From positions 25,172,001 through 25,236,000 of the forward strand of contig CM126213.1 in the NCBI GenBank assembly GCA_052327205.1: DNA of 64,000 bases. Reading direction: 5' to 3'. The notes beneath the pieces are model-generated. The model had not been told where the DNA came from, ran no database searches, and saw only the letters and a program-made list of their open reading frames with translations. Positions 51,481 through 64,000 of the stretch are shown here, one piece after another (position 1 is the stretch's first letter; every line of letters starts with the position of its first letter). Origin of the DNA: Somniosus microcephalus (taxonomy: Eukaryota). A program made the position numbers and the translations under genes.

Positions 51481-53369
51481 TTGTCTTTGCAAATCTTAAG
51501 TCTGTGATAAATTGTAATATAAGGGGAGTGGAACTAATTGGAAAGCTCATTCAAAGAGCTGGCACAGGCGCAATGGACTGAATGGCCTCCTTTTAAGCTG
51601 CATCATGCTATGACTCCAATAAGTTCGGCCTGCTGTTTTAAACTTATACTTCCACCATTGAAAATGCAGTTTGCAGTGTGATCAGCATATCTTGTATTGG
51701 TGTTTCTTAAATGTCTTAAGAAATACGGGCAATCTTAATTGCTAGCTGTGTATTTATAGTCCCCAAAAGGCACAAGCTGCAAATAGGCCTTCCAAACTAA
51801 ATGTACTTGACACTGTCAGATCAAATACTGTATTCTGAAACTGGGAATCCACAATAACGCCTTGTCTCATTTCCAAGAGCATTGCATTCAAGGAATTCAA
51901 CTGGGGCAAATGCTGTCTCCATTAACCTATCTCTTCGATGTCTTCAGCGGGCATTGTCGGTGTGAGACACTATTTACTAAATAATGCAGGTGACATCGAT
52001 ACCATGGAAGCCCTTTATCAGATTTAATGGGCAGTCCAAATTGCACACCTATTAGTGTTGGGCAAAATGCACACCATCAGCTGAGTGGCCTCCTTCAGTG
52101 TTGAAATTTCCATGATTGTATATTCACACTGCTACAGTGTTCATAGTGCGCACTTACCATTGCACTTTACTGAAATCTGAGCTATCCATTGGCCAGACTT
52201 GGTATGTGATATACCTAATACTGCTAGGAGCTACACTGTAGATCACTGGTGTCCACGCTTCTGTCCTTGTGGGCTGCATAGATGCATTTGATTGAGCCAG
52301 CGGCCACACACTGTTAATTTGCATATATCTCAAGCTGCTGACGCTAACCTATCTTGGCTGTCTGATTTCCACCAGTGAGGCAACAGCGCTAAAAACAGCC
52401 TTTTCAATCTTCCAAAGTTTAAACAGGACAAAGCAGCCAGCAAGGAATACAAGTGCAAATAGGACCGAGTTGCCTAGAGTTCGAGGGCTGAATTCCCAGG
52501 GCTGGAGAGGTGCAGGTGCGACACTGCAGCCCAAGGTCTGAGTCTGCTTATTAACTGAACACGACCGATTTTTTTTTTTTTTTTTCAACTAAATATACTA
52601 ACCTGTATTTGCACCTTTCCACGGTAACAAATGTTGAACCACAATCTTTACTGCTAATTTTGAGCTTCCTGCTTTAATCCCAAGTTGGGGTTTGCCTGTG
52701 GCAGACTTTAGGAAGTGGGTTATTTCTATTATGCTTCTCTGGTGAAACTGATCAGAAGGCCACATTTCATTCTCATGCTCCAACTTTAATGTGGCTGAAA
52801 CTTTTCATCTTTAGCATAAGCTACTAATATGGATTGGCAGAGGAGTTTGCTTTGATACTCTTGGCCCCTAATTTAAATTGGGTTGTAATTACTCTCCTGT
52901 GTAAACTAACCAAGCTGCTAAAACTCTTCATCCAGCATCATTTTCACTGAGCTATCGTCTTTAATCTGTATTCTCTCCTCCTCCTCCTCCCCAGGGTTTT
53001 ACTTTGTGCATGTGTGGCATGTCAAATCTGGAGCTTCTTACTGTAACTGGGCTAAAGATGTTCCAATTGCTGCATTTAGTCATAGTTCAACAGAAATTTC
53101 TGTGAAGCCAATCAGCATAGGTCTGAATTACTCTACAGGAGGTATTGCTGTCCTCGTACCTGCATGTTCCTGTTATCACAACTTTCTCGTATTGCTCACT
53201 ATGACCGAGTTGTGTCCGCAGCCCCTCTGTTCACTTAGTTGCTGCATTGCCTTCAAATTAAAGATAAATGTTGCCAGTGATTTAAACCCCTCTAAGTTCA
53301 CATTTGGCAAATGTTCATTTAAGAAATAAGCTTTTAATGGGAACTATAGAATCCTCTGATGGTCCTTTG

Positions 53370-55472
53370 GGAAAGGGAGGGGGAGACTTTCAGAAGGGAA
53401 AGAGAGAGAGTACAACACCAACATGTTCCTGTAAAGGTCAAGGGTGGGACCAACAAGCAAAGGGAACCTTGGATGACAAGGGATATACAAAAATGCATTA
53501 GGAATAAAAGGGGGGCTTTTGGCAGTTACAAAAGACTAAAGACGGAAGAAGCCCTAGAGGAGTATAAAAAGTGCAGGGGCGTACTTAAAAAAGAAATTAG
53601 GAGGGCGAGGGGCCATGAAATAACACTGGCGAGCAAAATAAAGGAAAATCCTAAGATGTTTTATAAGTATATTAAGGGCAAGACGATAACCAGGGAAAGG
53701 GTAGGGCCCATTAGGGACCAAAGTGGCAATCTGTGTGTAGAGCCAGATGAGGTAGGCGGGGTTTTAAATGAATTTTTTGCATCTGTGTTCACTATGGAGA
53801 AAGACGATGCAGACATAGAAATCGGGCAAGGGGACTGTGACATACTTGAACATATTAGCATCGAGAGGGAGGAGGTGCTAGCGGTTTTAGCAGGCCAAAA
53901 AGTGGATAAATCCCCAGGCCCGGACGAGATGTATCCCAGGCTGCTGTGGGAGGCAAAGGAGGAGATTGCAGGGGCTCTGACACAAATTTTCAGAACCTCT
54001 CTGGCCACAGGGGATGTACCAGAGGACTGGAGAACAGCTAACTTAGTACCATTATTCAAGAAGGGTAGCCGGGATAAACCAGGGAATTACAGGCCAGTGA
54101 GCCTAACATCTGTGGTAGGGAAATTATTGGAAAAAATTCTGAGGGACAAAATTAGTCTCCACTTGGAGAGGCAAGGATTAGTCGGGGATAGTCAGCATGG
54201 CTTTGTCAAGGGTAAATCATGTCTGACAAATCTGATTGAATTTTTCGAGGGGGTGACTAGGGGGGTGGATGAGGGAAATGCTGTGGATGTGGTTTACATG
54301 GACTTCAGTAAAGCTTTTGACAAAGTCCCGCATAGGAGACTGGTCAAGAAGGTAAGAGCCCATGGGATCCAGGGTGCCTTGGCGCGTTGGATCCTAAACT
54401 GGCTGAGTGGCAGGAGGCAGAGGGTGATGGTCGAAGGTTGCTTTTGTGACTGGAAGCCTGTGTCCAGTGGGGTACCTCAGGGATCGGTGCTGGGTCCCTT
54501 GTTGTTTGTGATCTACATAAATGATTTGGATGAGATTGTAAAAGGTATGATCAGTAAGTTCGCAGATGACATGAAAATTGGTGGGGTGGTAAATTGCGAG
54601 GAGGAAAGCCTCCGGCTACAGGACGATATAAACGGGTTGGTCAGATGGGTGGAAAAGTGGCAAATGGAATTTAACCCTGAAAAGTGCGAGGTGATGCATT
54701 TTGGACGGATAAATAAGGCAAGGGAATACACAGAGTGGTAGGACCCTAGGAAGTACAGAGGGTCAGAGGGACCTTGGTGTACATGTACATAGATCCCTGA
54801 AGGCAGCGGAACAGGTAGATAAGGTGGTTAAAAAGGCATATGGGATACTTGCCTTCATTAGCCGAGGCATAGAATATAAGAGCAGGGAGGGTTATGATGG
54901 AGCTGTACAAAACGCTGGTGAGGCCACAGCTGGAGTACTGTGTGCAGTTCTGGTCGCCTCACTATAGGAAGGATGTGATTGCTTTGGAGAGGGTGCAGAG
55001 AAGATTCACCAGGATGTTACCTGGGATGGAGCGCCTCAGCTATGAAGAGAGGCTGGACAGGCTGGGGTTGTTTTCCTTGGAGCAAAGAAGGCTGAGGGGG
55101 GACCTGATTGAGGTGTACAAAATGATGAGGGGCATAGATAGAGTAGATAAAGAGGAACTTTTCCCCTTAGGGGGGTCAATAACAAGGGGGCATAGATTCA
55201 GGGTAAGGGGCAGGAGATTTAGAGGGGATTTGAGGAGGAACTTCTTCACCCAGAGGGTGGTTGGAATGTGGAACTCAATGCCTGAAAGGGTGGTAGAGGC
55301 AGGAACCCTCACAACATTCAAGAAGCATTTGGATGAGCACTTGAAATGCCATCGCATACAAGGCTATGGACCAAATGCTGGAAAATGGGATTAGACTGGA
55401 CAGGGATGGATGGGCGGTGCAGACACGATGGGCCGAAGGGCCTCTTTCTGTGCTGTAAAACTCTGACTCTAT
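53370..55472 (+). mobile_element. CR1 LINE, 5'-truncated (~2.1 kb), RT domain largely intact
   Basis: 460-aa ORF 53359..54741 with KSPGPD, YRPVSLTS, QHGF, DFSKAFDKV, GVPQGSVLGP, KFADD; frameshifts near 54733 and 54888; ORF 54894..55394 completes ORF2. Confidence 0.97.
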
Positions 55473-55939
55473 GAGTATGAGAGTTGCACTGAATAAGGAA
55501 CATTTTTTTGGCAATCCAAGAGTGTGTCAGTGAGCACAGGGCTCTCACCAGAGGAATGAGAAATGGATGATAAATTGCAGTAACTAAATAGAAAGGGTGA
55601 ATAATGTACTGGAAGGGGTGATTTTCCTTTAAAACTGGCATGTGCTTCATTCTAAGTGTTAATTTATAAAATAAAATACAATTTGAGAAAATGTCACTGC
55701 TGTAGTCTTTTGATATTCACAAGATGCAAAATATCAAATACCGGGTCTGGTTTTTAATTTGAATCCTAAGATGTAGGCATGAGTTTGAAATGTCATGGGT
55801 CTCATTATGAAACATCAAATACACCACTGCATGATTGAGAGCACGTACTCACCTGACAGAATTTGCATTCACTTTTATCCTTAATCTGGAAAAACAGTTA
55901 AGTTTATGGTATCAGAATGGCTATAGCAATCATTATTAC

Positions 55940-56510
55940 ATGGTGGGTGATATTGAGGCTTTGGAAAGGGTGCAGAGGAGGATCATATGATTAATACCCA
56001 GTTTAAAGCATCTCAGTTACCAAGATAAGCTCAAAGGGCTAGGACTCGACACTTGAGAGAAGCATAGACTTAAGGGTGGTTTGATTGAGGTTTATAAGAT
56101 GATGAAGGGAATAGATTGTGTTTGTGTAGACAGTTCGTTTCAACTTAATAGGTTCGGGAGGACCGGGGATCACAATCTCTTGTTATGTAAGGCCAGAACT
56201 AGCGACAGCTGAATCTAGTTTCTAGCTAGGGTGGAGATCACCTTGTATAAAAGGTAGGTACTGTATAACCATCAGTTGGACCAGCTTTGATCACCTAAAG
56301 CGGTCCGAGAGGAATTTTCCAGATTTTATTTTTCCCTCATTGGCCTGGGCTTTTTAAGATCGTGTTTTTCCACCTCTCCCAGGAGATTACATGGCTCTCT
56401 GGTGGGCTGAGGAGTGTCTATATTGTGATGCACAAGGCATTGCAGTTGTGTGGGACAGGCGGGATGGACCAGTGGGTCTTTTCCTCTCTCTCATTTTCCT
56501 ATGTACATGG
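55940..56510 (+). mobile_element. CR1 3' fragment with long 3' UTR (related UTR pieces ~7230-7345 +, 29210-29460 -, 34430-34960 -)
   Basis: DIEALERVQRR...RLKGGLIEVYKMMKG; UTR ends gatggaccagtgggtcttttcc. Confidence 0.7.
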
Positions 56511-59500
56511 ATGAGGGCATTGAAATAAGGGGGTGTCTCTTTTTTTTAAAGTTAGTTTTGGCAAAGAAAATCTATGCTATTAATCTGAGTTAATCACCTT
56601 CCGTTTGCTAACAGTCAATCAGACTTCAGGTGATGGTTATTCTAGAAAGAAGAGCAACTCGAACTTGTTCTGAGGAATTCGGAGATTTATTATAACACTT
56701 GTTTCCTTGCTGACTTAGCCTGAAATAGCCACTTTAGGGCTTTTAAAAACAAGTTCTGTGCTGAAGTTGAGATGTTGCTGTTTGTTTGGCACAATTTAAA
56801 CATTTATACAATAGATAATTGCTTCATTCTTATGGTTTCATGTAAGGAACCCTTAGATGCCATATAGCCCAGTAAATCAATCCATGCATTTCTTCTGCAG
56901 AAAATTACAGGAATGTGATTCATAAGTTAACATTTTCAATTTTTCTTTTTACCAGTTTTGATCAGGAGATATTTAATTTATTTAAATTTTGCATACATTG
57001 TTGAGGCCAACATTATTAGACAGTAGAATTAACCCGGGTATTCCAGCGAGCATGTTGACCATATGCACTCCTCTCCTTCACGCTGTTTGGTGGAGTCATT
57101 CCTGACTTCTGTCTTTCCCCACCCCATGTTATTGGTGTGATTTAAAAAATATATATATTTTAAAGGTTATTTTGGGTTTTGCTGGGCATGAAGAGGTTGA
57201 GTAAACTAAATCTACTCAAATGGAATACAGTAATAGGACACTGGATGTGATTCAACCTTTTAAATTGAAGGAAATCCATGAGCTCGATGTAGAGAGGTAA
57301 TTTATACAGATACAAAAATCAGGGGACGACGAGTTGGCTAAAATTAGGGAATAAATTCACACGGCAACTCCACGGAACTGATTGCACAACTCGTGTCTCC
57401 AAACCCTTTTCTGTTGCAGGTTGTAATTAATGGCTGGTGTGATAATAGAAGATGCTGTTAGAAAATTTTACTTATTGCAATGTATCCATGTTGATAATTC
57501 CTATATAGTGAGCATTATCCTTAGATTTTGCATATTATCAGATTGTGTAGATAACTCAACCTTTTGGAGTTTACTCCCAAATCTCCTTTAACAAATGAAG
57601 TAATAACCTGCGTTATACTCTGACATGCGGCCTTCAGTCATCTTTTTGTTGAGCTTGTATGGAGAACCAAAACCAGCGCAGAGAACATCTTTTTCTCTGC
57701 TGATATTTCAATACAGACACCTATCAACAACAGCTGTCGAGACTTCATTTGTGCTCAGCATTAGAACTGAGAGCGATAGAACATTCCGGCATCCTGTCGA
57801 TAAGAACTGTTTGGTTTACAAACTCGTGCAATCACAGTAAGATGTGAAGGGAGCTAAGTGGTCCTCGGCAAGAGGAGTTGTGAGTTCATGTTAAAGGGGC
57901 GGTGTCATTTAGTGTCATTGTATGTCTTGTACTTAAAGGGAAAGTAAACAAAAGCACAAACTAATACCTGCTGCATCCTGCCATTGAATGTAAGCTTAAA
58001 ACCACATGTATTTTCAAATGCAAAATTCAATCTCCCTCCCACCACCCTGCTCCTTGCTGAAAGTTCCTGTTCAGTTGGCAATTAGTTGGTGAAATACCGT
58101 GCAATCGCACATTAATGCATTTAATGAGTCACGCCGGGAGCCAAATCTTTATTGTTTGCACTTCAAGTTTCCTTCAGCGAGGAGTTAATGTTGGTCGCTG
58201 TCTTATTCCAATGAAAAGTTTATTGGCTTTGGTTTTGATAAATTATTTTCGATGGGGCGAGTGCTGCTGCGCTAACACCCCCCCCCCCCCCCCCACACCC
58301 ACAAATACCTTCAAGGGGCTAGTCCCTTGTTAAACCAATGAGTGTTGGGAGGCTGTTTTATCAGGAAGGGCATCACGGCTGAGCCTGATCCTGTTCTCAC
58401 CTGGTATTGGTGCAGGTGTTTTCAGGCAGGAGTCACTGGCTGGTGATCGGGACAGTGAAATCCTGGCTGCTGATTTTTTTTAATTGCTCCCTTCCGATCG
58501 TGCCAAGGACAACTGCGTTCACCTTACTTCAGCTGAAATGAGCTAATTCAGTACAGATGGGGGATTTAAACTGGGATCTTCCTGGTCTGTACGACTAAGC
58601 TGCTCGCTGAATAAAGTGGTACTGGTAGATATTCTAAGCTCTGAATGACATTATAGGAGGTACTGGGCCTAATGGTTTGTGGGGTAACTCGAGCAGATGC
58701 ACCTATTAATTGTTTCAGTTCCCTCGCTGACAAGATCAGTAACTCCAATCTAATCAGCATGTTGCAACATTCTTAATTTTGTTTAAAGTTGATGACACTC
58801 CGTTTTTAAAGGGCCAATGTCCCATGCTTCAAAATTGTACAAGTTGCGCAAATTGGATTCTGTGGAAAAATCAAAGTGCTGTGACAAATCTTAAATACTC
58901 TCGTGTGGACGTAAAAGACCCCATGGCACTATTTCGAAGAGGAGCAGGTGAGTTCTCCCCGGTGTCCTGGCCAATATTTATCCCCCAATCAACATCACTA
59001 AAAACAGATTAACTGATCATTATCACATTGCTGTTTGTGGGAGCTTGCTGTGTGCAAATTGGCTGCCGCGTTCCTACTTCACAACAGTGACTCCACTTCA
59101 AAAGTACTTCACTGGCTGTAAAGCACTTTGGGACATCGGTCACGATATAAATACAAGTCTTTCTTTATAAACTTCAAGAATGAAGCTCAACTTTATACAA
59201 TCATAAGGCCGGCCAATGCCCATCAAAGCTCATCCCTGTACTGCAGTACGTTAACTCTCCATCATGGCAGCCACCTGAACCTTGAATAACCCCAATGTTT
59301 TTGCCTCTACTACCTTGCATGAGAGATTATTCCAAACACATGTCGCACTTGGACTAAAGGAGTTCTTCCTGCTATCTTTCTACATCTCCCTGTTAATTTT
59401 AATTCTATACTTCTATTCTCATTTTTTTCAGCCGCTACATAATAGTTCACATGAATTGTTTTAAATTGCATTTGCTACCTCCGTCCAATTGCGTGATTGA

Positions 59501-60192
59501 TATAATCCCCAACATTGTGTTGCAACTTTCAAACAAGCTCCCAGCTGTTTGTTTCATGTTCTGTCAAACCTGCTTACAGCGCATGGCCTTTGCCAGCTGA
59601 AGATTCGCAGTCTAGCAGCTAGTGCATTGAACTGATTTGCCATTGAATTCAGCAAGTGGATTTTACTAGTGTGTGTGTTTTTAAGGGTATGAACTGATGT
59701 GCAACCCATTGCTATGAATAGATTTCAAGCCCAGAAACATCAAATCAGCATTCCTTACTTTGCGAAAAGAGCCAAGCTTTTTGGCAAGTCTTGGAAGGTG
59801 AAACAAGCCAGTGATGTTCATTTGGGACCATCCTCACTTGGGTATTGAGTTTTCTCCACCTGTCGATGGGAGCGCTCTATTGAACCCACATCTGTGACAG
59901 CAGCCGAAAGAGCAGCGTTAGTCCTGTGGAGCAGAGCACCAAGTTTGAACCGGTCTCACCCTTTGATACAAGAGAGAAGCACACACGAAAATTCATCTTG
60001 GATTAAAGTTTAGATGTTAAATAAGATGTGCTTTAAACCAGCCGCACAGAACCAGACTGTTTAACATTTCATTTGATTCTCCACAGAAACTGCATTTAAC
60101 CAGAATGTGCACTTTAATAGGCTTCACTAATACTGTTTTGTGTTTCCTGGCTGGTGCAGTGACGCCTTTTAGTTGCACCTGTAGTTTTAAAT

Positions 60193-60199
60193 CACTAAC
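60193..60199 (+). promoter_or_regulatory. Probable splicing branch point of the 42-kb intron
   Basis: CACTAAC with the branch A 34 nt upstream of the acceptor AG, followed by a pyrimidine tract. Confidence 0.6.
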
Positions 60200-60232
60200 G
60201 TGGTGTGTATTTTTTCTTTGTCTCTCGTTTAG

Positions 60233-60368
60233 GTCAAGCCCGGGTTCAACAGCTGGCGGAGAACACTCTGTACTTCAGAAGAAGACTGAAGGAAATGGGA
60301 TTCATTATCTATGGAAATGATGATTCACCAGTGGTGCCTTTGATGCTGTACATGCCAGCCAAAATTGG
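60233..60368 (+). CDS. SPTLC2: SPTLC2 internal coding exon (136 nt; (G)[44 protein letters not shown](G))
   Basis: tctctcgtttAG acceptor ending 60232, GTAAAT donor at 60369; phase 1 to phase 2; this frame is missed by the ORF track. Confidence 0.95.
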
Positions 60369-61479
60369 GTAAATAAAAAACATACTTGGGCTTTGTAGTG
60401 TAGACGCAGACTTTGTTTTTAGTTTCCTTCAGCTGTTTGTAGTAACAAAATTATTACCTAACTGGCAGTTTCACAAAATACCTCCACTAGACTGTAGCTT
60501 TAGATTAAAACAAAACAACAGAACAAATTAAACATGTAGTTATTTTCCCTTATTTGAATAGCTGATTAGCCCCGCCACTGTTGCTGTTTCTATGCTGCGC
60601 AGTCACCATGTCTCGTGGAGAAAAAAGGTGGTAACTGCCAGAATTCCATTTGTTTTAGACCGAGCGCCCAACAATGCACGTGTGTTCAATTAGGAGGCCA
60701 GAGCACAAATCTCAGTTTCCACTGCCATTTGCACTTTGGCTCGCTCGCTCTGTGAATGGAGAAGGAAAGAAAAACTGGCCCAAACCCTTTCCTGCATTGC
60801 TTCAATGTATCTTCTGAGCCAACCATGGAGTAGGCATTTACACTGTAGACTAATCTATAAGTTGGCCTATGTTGCCTTCCCAGCTGGGAGTGCAACTGTT
60901 TGGGGTGAGGGGGAGGGAAGAGAGAGGACAAGACGGTAAAATAATGGTTCCTAAAAAAATAACCTAAAAAATTGAGTTAATTTCTGTTTGCACAAACCTC
61001 CAAAGCCAAGTTCAGGTCCACCTCATTTGGTTCAGCTCTGAAGAGTGCCTATTGCTCACCGCCCATATCTTTGCAGCTAAAAAATTTAGATTATACGTTC
61101 CAGGGTAGAAGCATTAAGCAATTACCAAGTGTAGTCATGATTTGAGTGACTAAAGCATTGTGACTCACAGATTGTTAAGCAGTTAATGATTCCTAGGAAT
61201 TCCAGTGACGTTGTGATTCGCTGAAGGATACCATATGGGTCCATTATTTGGAGCAGAGAGATAGATTAGGGAGCCAGGAGATGAAGTATCTTGCATAGTA
61301 GAGCAATCTTGTGATCACAAGAACACTGTCATTTGCACATTTTTCTCCCCTAACTTACTTTACTAATTCGACAAGGGAAATAAACTGCAGATAAAAGCAG
61401 AAATATCCAATCCTTACTGGTTGTGTCACAAGCGAGAACATTCCCATGGTCCTAGTGAGGTTGGAGCCATGGTACATCA

Positions 61480-62000
61480 TATCTAATCTAACTAGATAGC
61501 TGTCCCTTTCACCATTTTGGAGACTTGGATCACATCCTCCCTGGACTCTAATGATTACTGAATATAAAAGCGAAGAGGTGATTATGAAAATGGACAAGAC
61601 ATTGGTTAGGCCACAGTTGGAGTACTTTGTGCAGTTTTGGATATCCCATTATAGGAATGACTTTGGTGCCATGGAAAAGCTGCATTGCTTACTAGAATGA
61701 TCACCGGGGTCAGAGGATGCAATTATCAGACACTTGGGGAAACTTGGACTGTGTTTAGTGAGCAGCTAAGATGGGGGTTGTGGGGGGGGGAGGGGGTGGA
61801 TGGGATGTAATAATTGTTCAAAGTTTTGAAAGTTATTGAGGGGGTAAATAGTGAAAGATTGTTTCTACTGGTTGGTAAATTTAGGATTCGTATTAAAAGC
61901 ACAAAGGGGGACGTTGGAAGAAATGCTTTCACACACACTTACTAGAATATGGAATACATTACCACTATTGGCTACGGAAGCTGAGTTAATCACATTTCAG
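61480..62000 (+). mobile_element. Old degenerate CR1 3' fragment
   Basis: EYKSEEVIMK...KTLVRPQLEYFVQFW, ...RIWNTLP. Confidence 0.7.
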
Positions 62001-62592
62001 CAGGATTTTAATTAACCCGTGAAAATTTGATTCTGTAATGAGTTCATTCTATCAGCGTGCCATCCTGAATCGTCATTTTAAATCAACAGGGATAGATTGG
62101 AAGAATCCACCCCACTTCTAGTAGCACAGGTGAATGCAGCACATGGTATGACACTACCATATAGCCCACAAGGTCCCTAGTCTGAGGCACTCTCAGTTGG
62201 TGTGATGGGTCAATTTGGGTTCAGTGTCACTAGATATGTGGGGGTGGGGGGGGGGGGAGAGAATCGGCCAGGATTCTGAGCCTTAATTATTTAACAGCCT
62301 CCTCCTGGAAGTTAGCACATATAAACATGGGTCAGTCTTGACTCTAGTGACTTTCACAAGCTTAATGTGCATATTAATAGGTTATGGTGATCAGATTTAG
62401 AATGGGAAACGTTCGGTGAATGCCGCTAGCATTGGATTGCCACCACAGAATGCTAACTGGCTATGATAACCAAGTTTGGGCTATCCTGTTGAAAGTTTGT
62501 CTTTATAAAATAAACACCTATAATATTCAGTGGGGGGGGGGGTGGGGGTGTGTATTACAGTGGTGTCTGTTACAAGGTTAGCCTGTTTGTAG

Positions 62593-63541
62593 TCCAGAGG
62601 CAAGGTTGTCCCATCCTCTGTCGTCGAATTACAGTATGCAGACGACACTTGCGTCTGCGCTCACTCGGAGATCGAACTCCAAATCATCGTCAACACCTTC
62701 ACTGAAGTGTATGAGAGCATGGGCCTTACACTAAACATCCATAAGATAAAGGTCCTCTACCAACCTGCCCCCGCCAAACAGTACTGCCCTTGGACAACGT
62801 GGACCACTTTCCATACCTCAGGAGCCTACTGTCAACAAGGGCAGACGTCGATGACTAAGTCCAACACTGCCTTCAGTGTGCCAGTGCAGCCTTCGGTTTC
62901 CTGAGGAACAGTGTGTTTGAAGACCAGGACCTCAAACCTGGCACTAAGCTCATAGTCTACAGAGCAGCAGTGATACCCACCCTGCTGTATGCCTCCGAGA
63001 CATGGACCATGTACAGCAGGCACCTCAAAGCACTGGAGAGGTACCACCAACACTGCCTCCGCAAGATCCTGCCAATCCATTGGCAGGATAGGCGCACCAA
63101 CATCAGTGTTCTCGCTCAGGCCAATATCCCCAGCATCGAAGCTTTGACCACGCTCGATCAGCTCCGATGGATGGGTCACATCGTCCGCATGCCCGATACG
63201 AGACTCCCAAAACAAGCGCTCTACTCGGAGCTCCGACACGGCAACAGAGCCCCAGGTGGGCAGAGGAAACGCTTCAAGGACACCCTTAAAGCCTCCTTGG
63301 AAAAAGTGCAACATCCCCACCGACACCTGGGAATCCCTGGCCCAAGACCGCACAAAGTGGAGGAGGAGCATCCGGGAAGGCGCCGAACACCTAGAGTCTC
63401 TTCGCCAGGAGCAAGCGGAAGTGGAGCGCACGTCAACCCAAGCACCCCACCCACCCCTTCATCCACCGTCTGCCCCACCTGTGACAGAGACTGTAGCTCC
63501 TGCATTGGACTCATCAGTCACCTGAGAACTCATTTTAATGT
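62593..63541 (+). mobile_element. RTE-clade LINE, 5'-truncated, 3' tail interrupted
   Basis: LQYADD, LRWMGHIVRMPDTRLPKQALYSEL, CPTCDRDCSSCIGLISHLRTH; closely similar to 25960-26995 but stops at ...cattttaatgt. Confidence 0.9.
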
Positions 63542-64000
63542 TCGATTTCATAGTTCGATTTAAGATGGCGACCGAGGCGGTCCGGAGCTAAGCGCTCTCC
63601 TGCTTCAGACGGCCCCCGCCACCCGATGCCGGAGCGATGTGTTCGGCGAGTCGGGCGGAGGCAGCGCAGCAGCGGGAAGCGGCGGCAGCAGCCACGAAGA
63701 CCCGCTTCGGCACGTTGCCCGGCAGCTCCTCGTCGTGAATTTCTGTTTCGGACTAGGAGGGGGGGAGCCGGGCATGGTGGTTGGAGGCCGGGCGTGAGAG
63801 GCAGGCTCCGGGCCATTGCAAATTTGAACCGGCGACAGTGCGGGAAGCTCGCAGTTCGAGGGGAAGGAGGGAGAGCCGGGCATGGAGACCTGAGGCCAGA
63901 CGGCGAGCGTGAGAAGAAGGACACCATATTGTGGAGCCGGCAACAGGGAGGAGGAGTCCGCGGAGACGGAGCGGCTGATGAACATTGCATTCCCACTGCC
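63542..64000 (+). other. CpG-rich segment beginning with a YY1-like motif; probable 5' end of a young retroelement, running off the window
   Basis: Abrupt shift to GC/CpG-rich sequence inside the RTE tail; AAGATGGCG at 63562-63570. Confidence 0.5.

Noticed and set aside
53359-54741. Domesticated or active reverse transcriptase gene
   Set aside because: It lacks the endonuclease domain and ORF1 and has downstream frameshifts; an ordinary 5'-truncated CR1.
18146-60232. Nested protein-coding gene or duplicated mutually exclusive SPTLC2 exon in the large intron
   Set aside because: No second SPTLC-like peptide or other recognisable host protein was found by eye; very short exons cannot be excluded without transcript data.
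63535-63996. Minus-strand 153-aa and 126-aa ORFs
   Set aside because: Pro/Arg-rich frames expected from GC-rich sequence, with no recognisable domain.

Overview
Vertebrate genomic DNA, most likely an elasmobranch (shark), inferred from HE1-type V-SINE, SacSINE1-like Deu-SINE and abundant CR1/L2/RTE LINEs. It is not prokaryotic and has no CRISPR array. The only host gene I can support is serine palmitoyltransferase long-chain subunit 2 (SPTLC2) on the + strand. Five internal coding exons (1385-1478, 8247-8352, 13161-13380, 18019-18145, 60233-60368) have GT-AG sites and compatible phases and include the PLP-binding GTFTKSFG motif; the gene continues beyond both window edges. The introns (6.8, 4.8, 4.6 and 42.1 kb) are filled with transposon remnants: CR1, L2, RTE, Rex1/Babar, Penelope-like fragments, tRNA-derived SINEs and Tc1/mariner-pogo, hAT and Harbinger-like MITEs. 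The best leads are: (1) a 113-bp insertion with a 13-bp target-site duplication carrying a minimal hammerhead-ribozyme-like core, with further decayed copies; (2) two neighbouring elements that share a four-hairpin architecture although the hairpin sequences differ; (3) a candidate internal promoter/first exon in the 42-kb intron that would splice in frame to the next SPTLC2 exon; (4) a fold-back MITE and a MITE carrying paired RFX-like sites; (5) a CpG-rich, YY1-headed insertion at the window end. Family names come from recalled consensus features, not database searches, and repeat boundaries are approximate unless TSD/TIR positions are stated.
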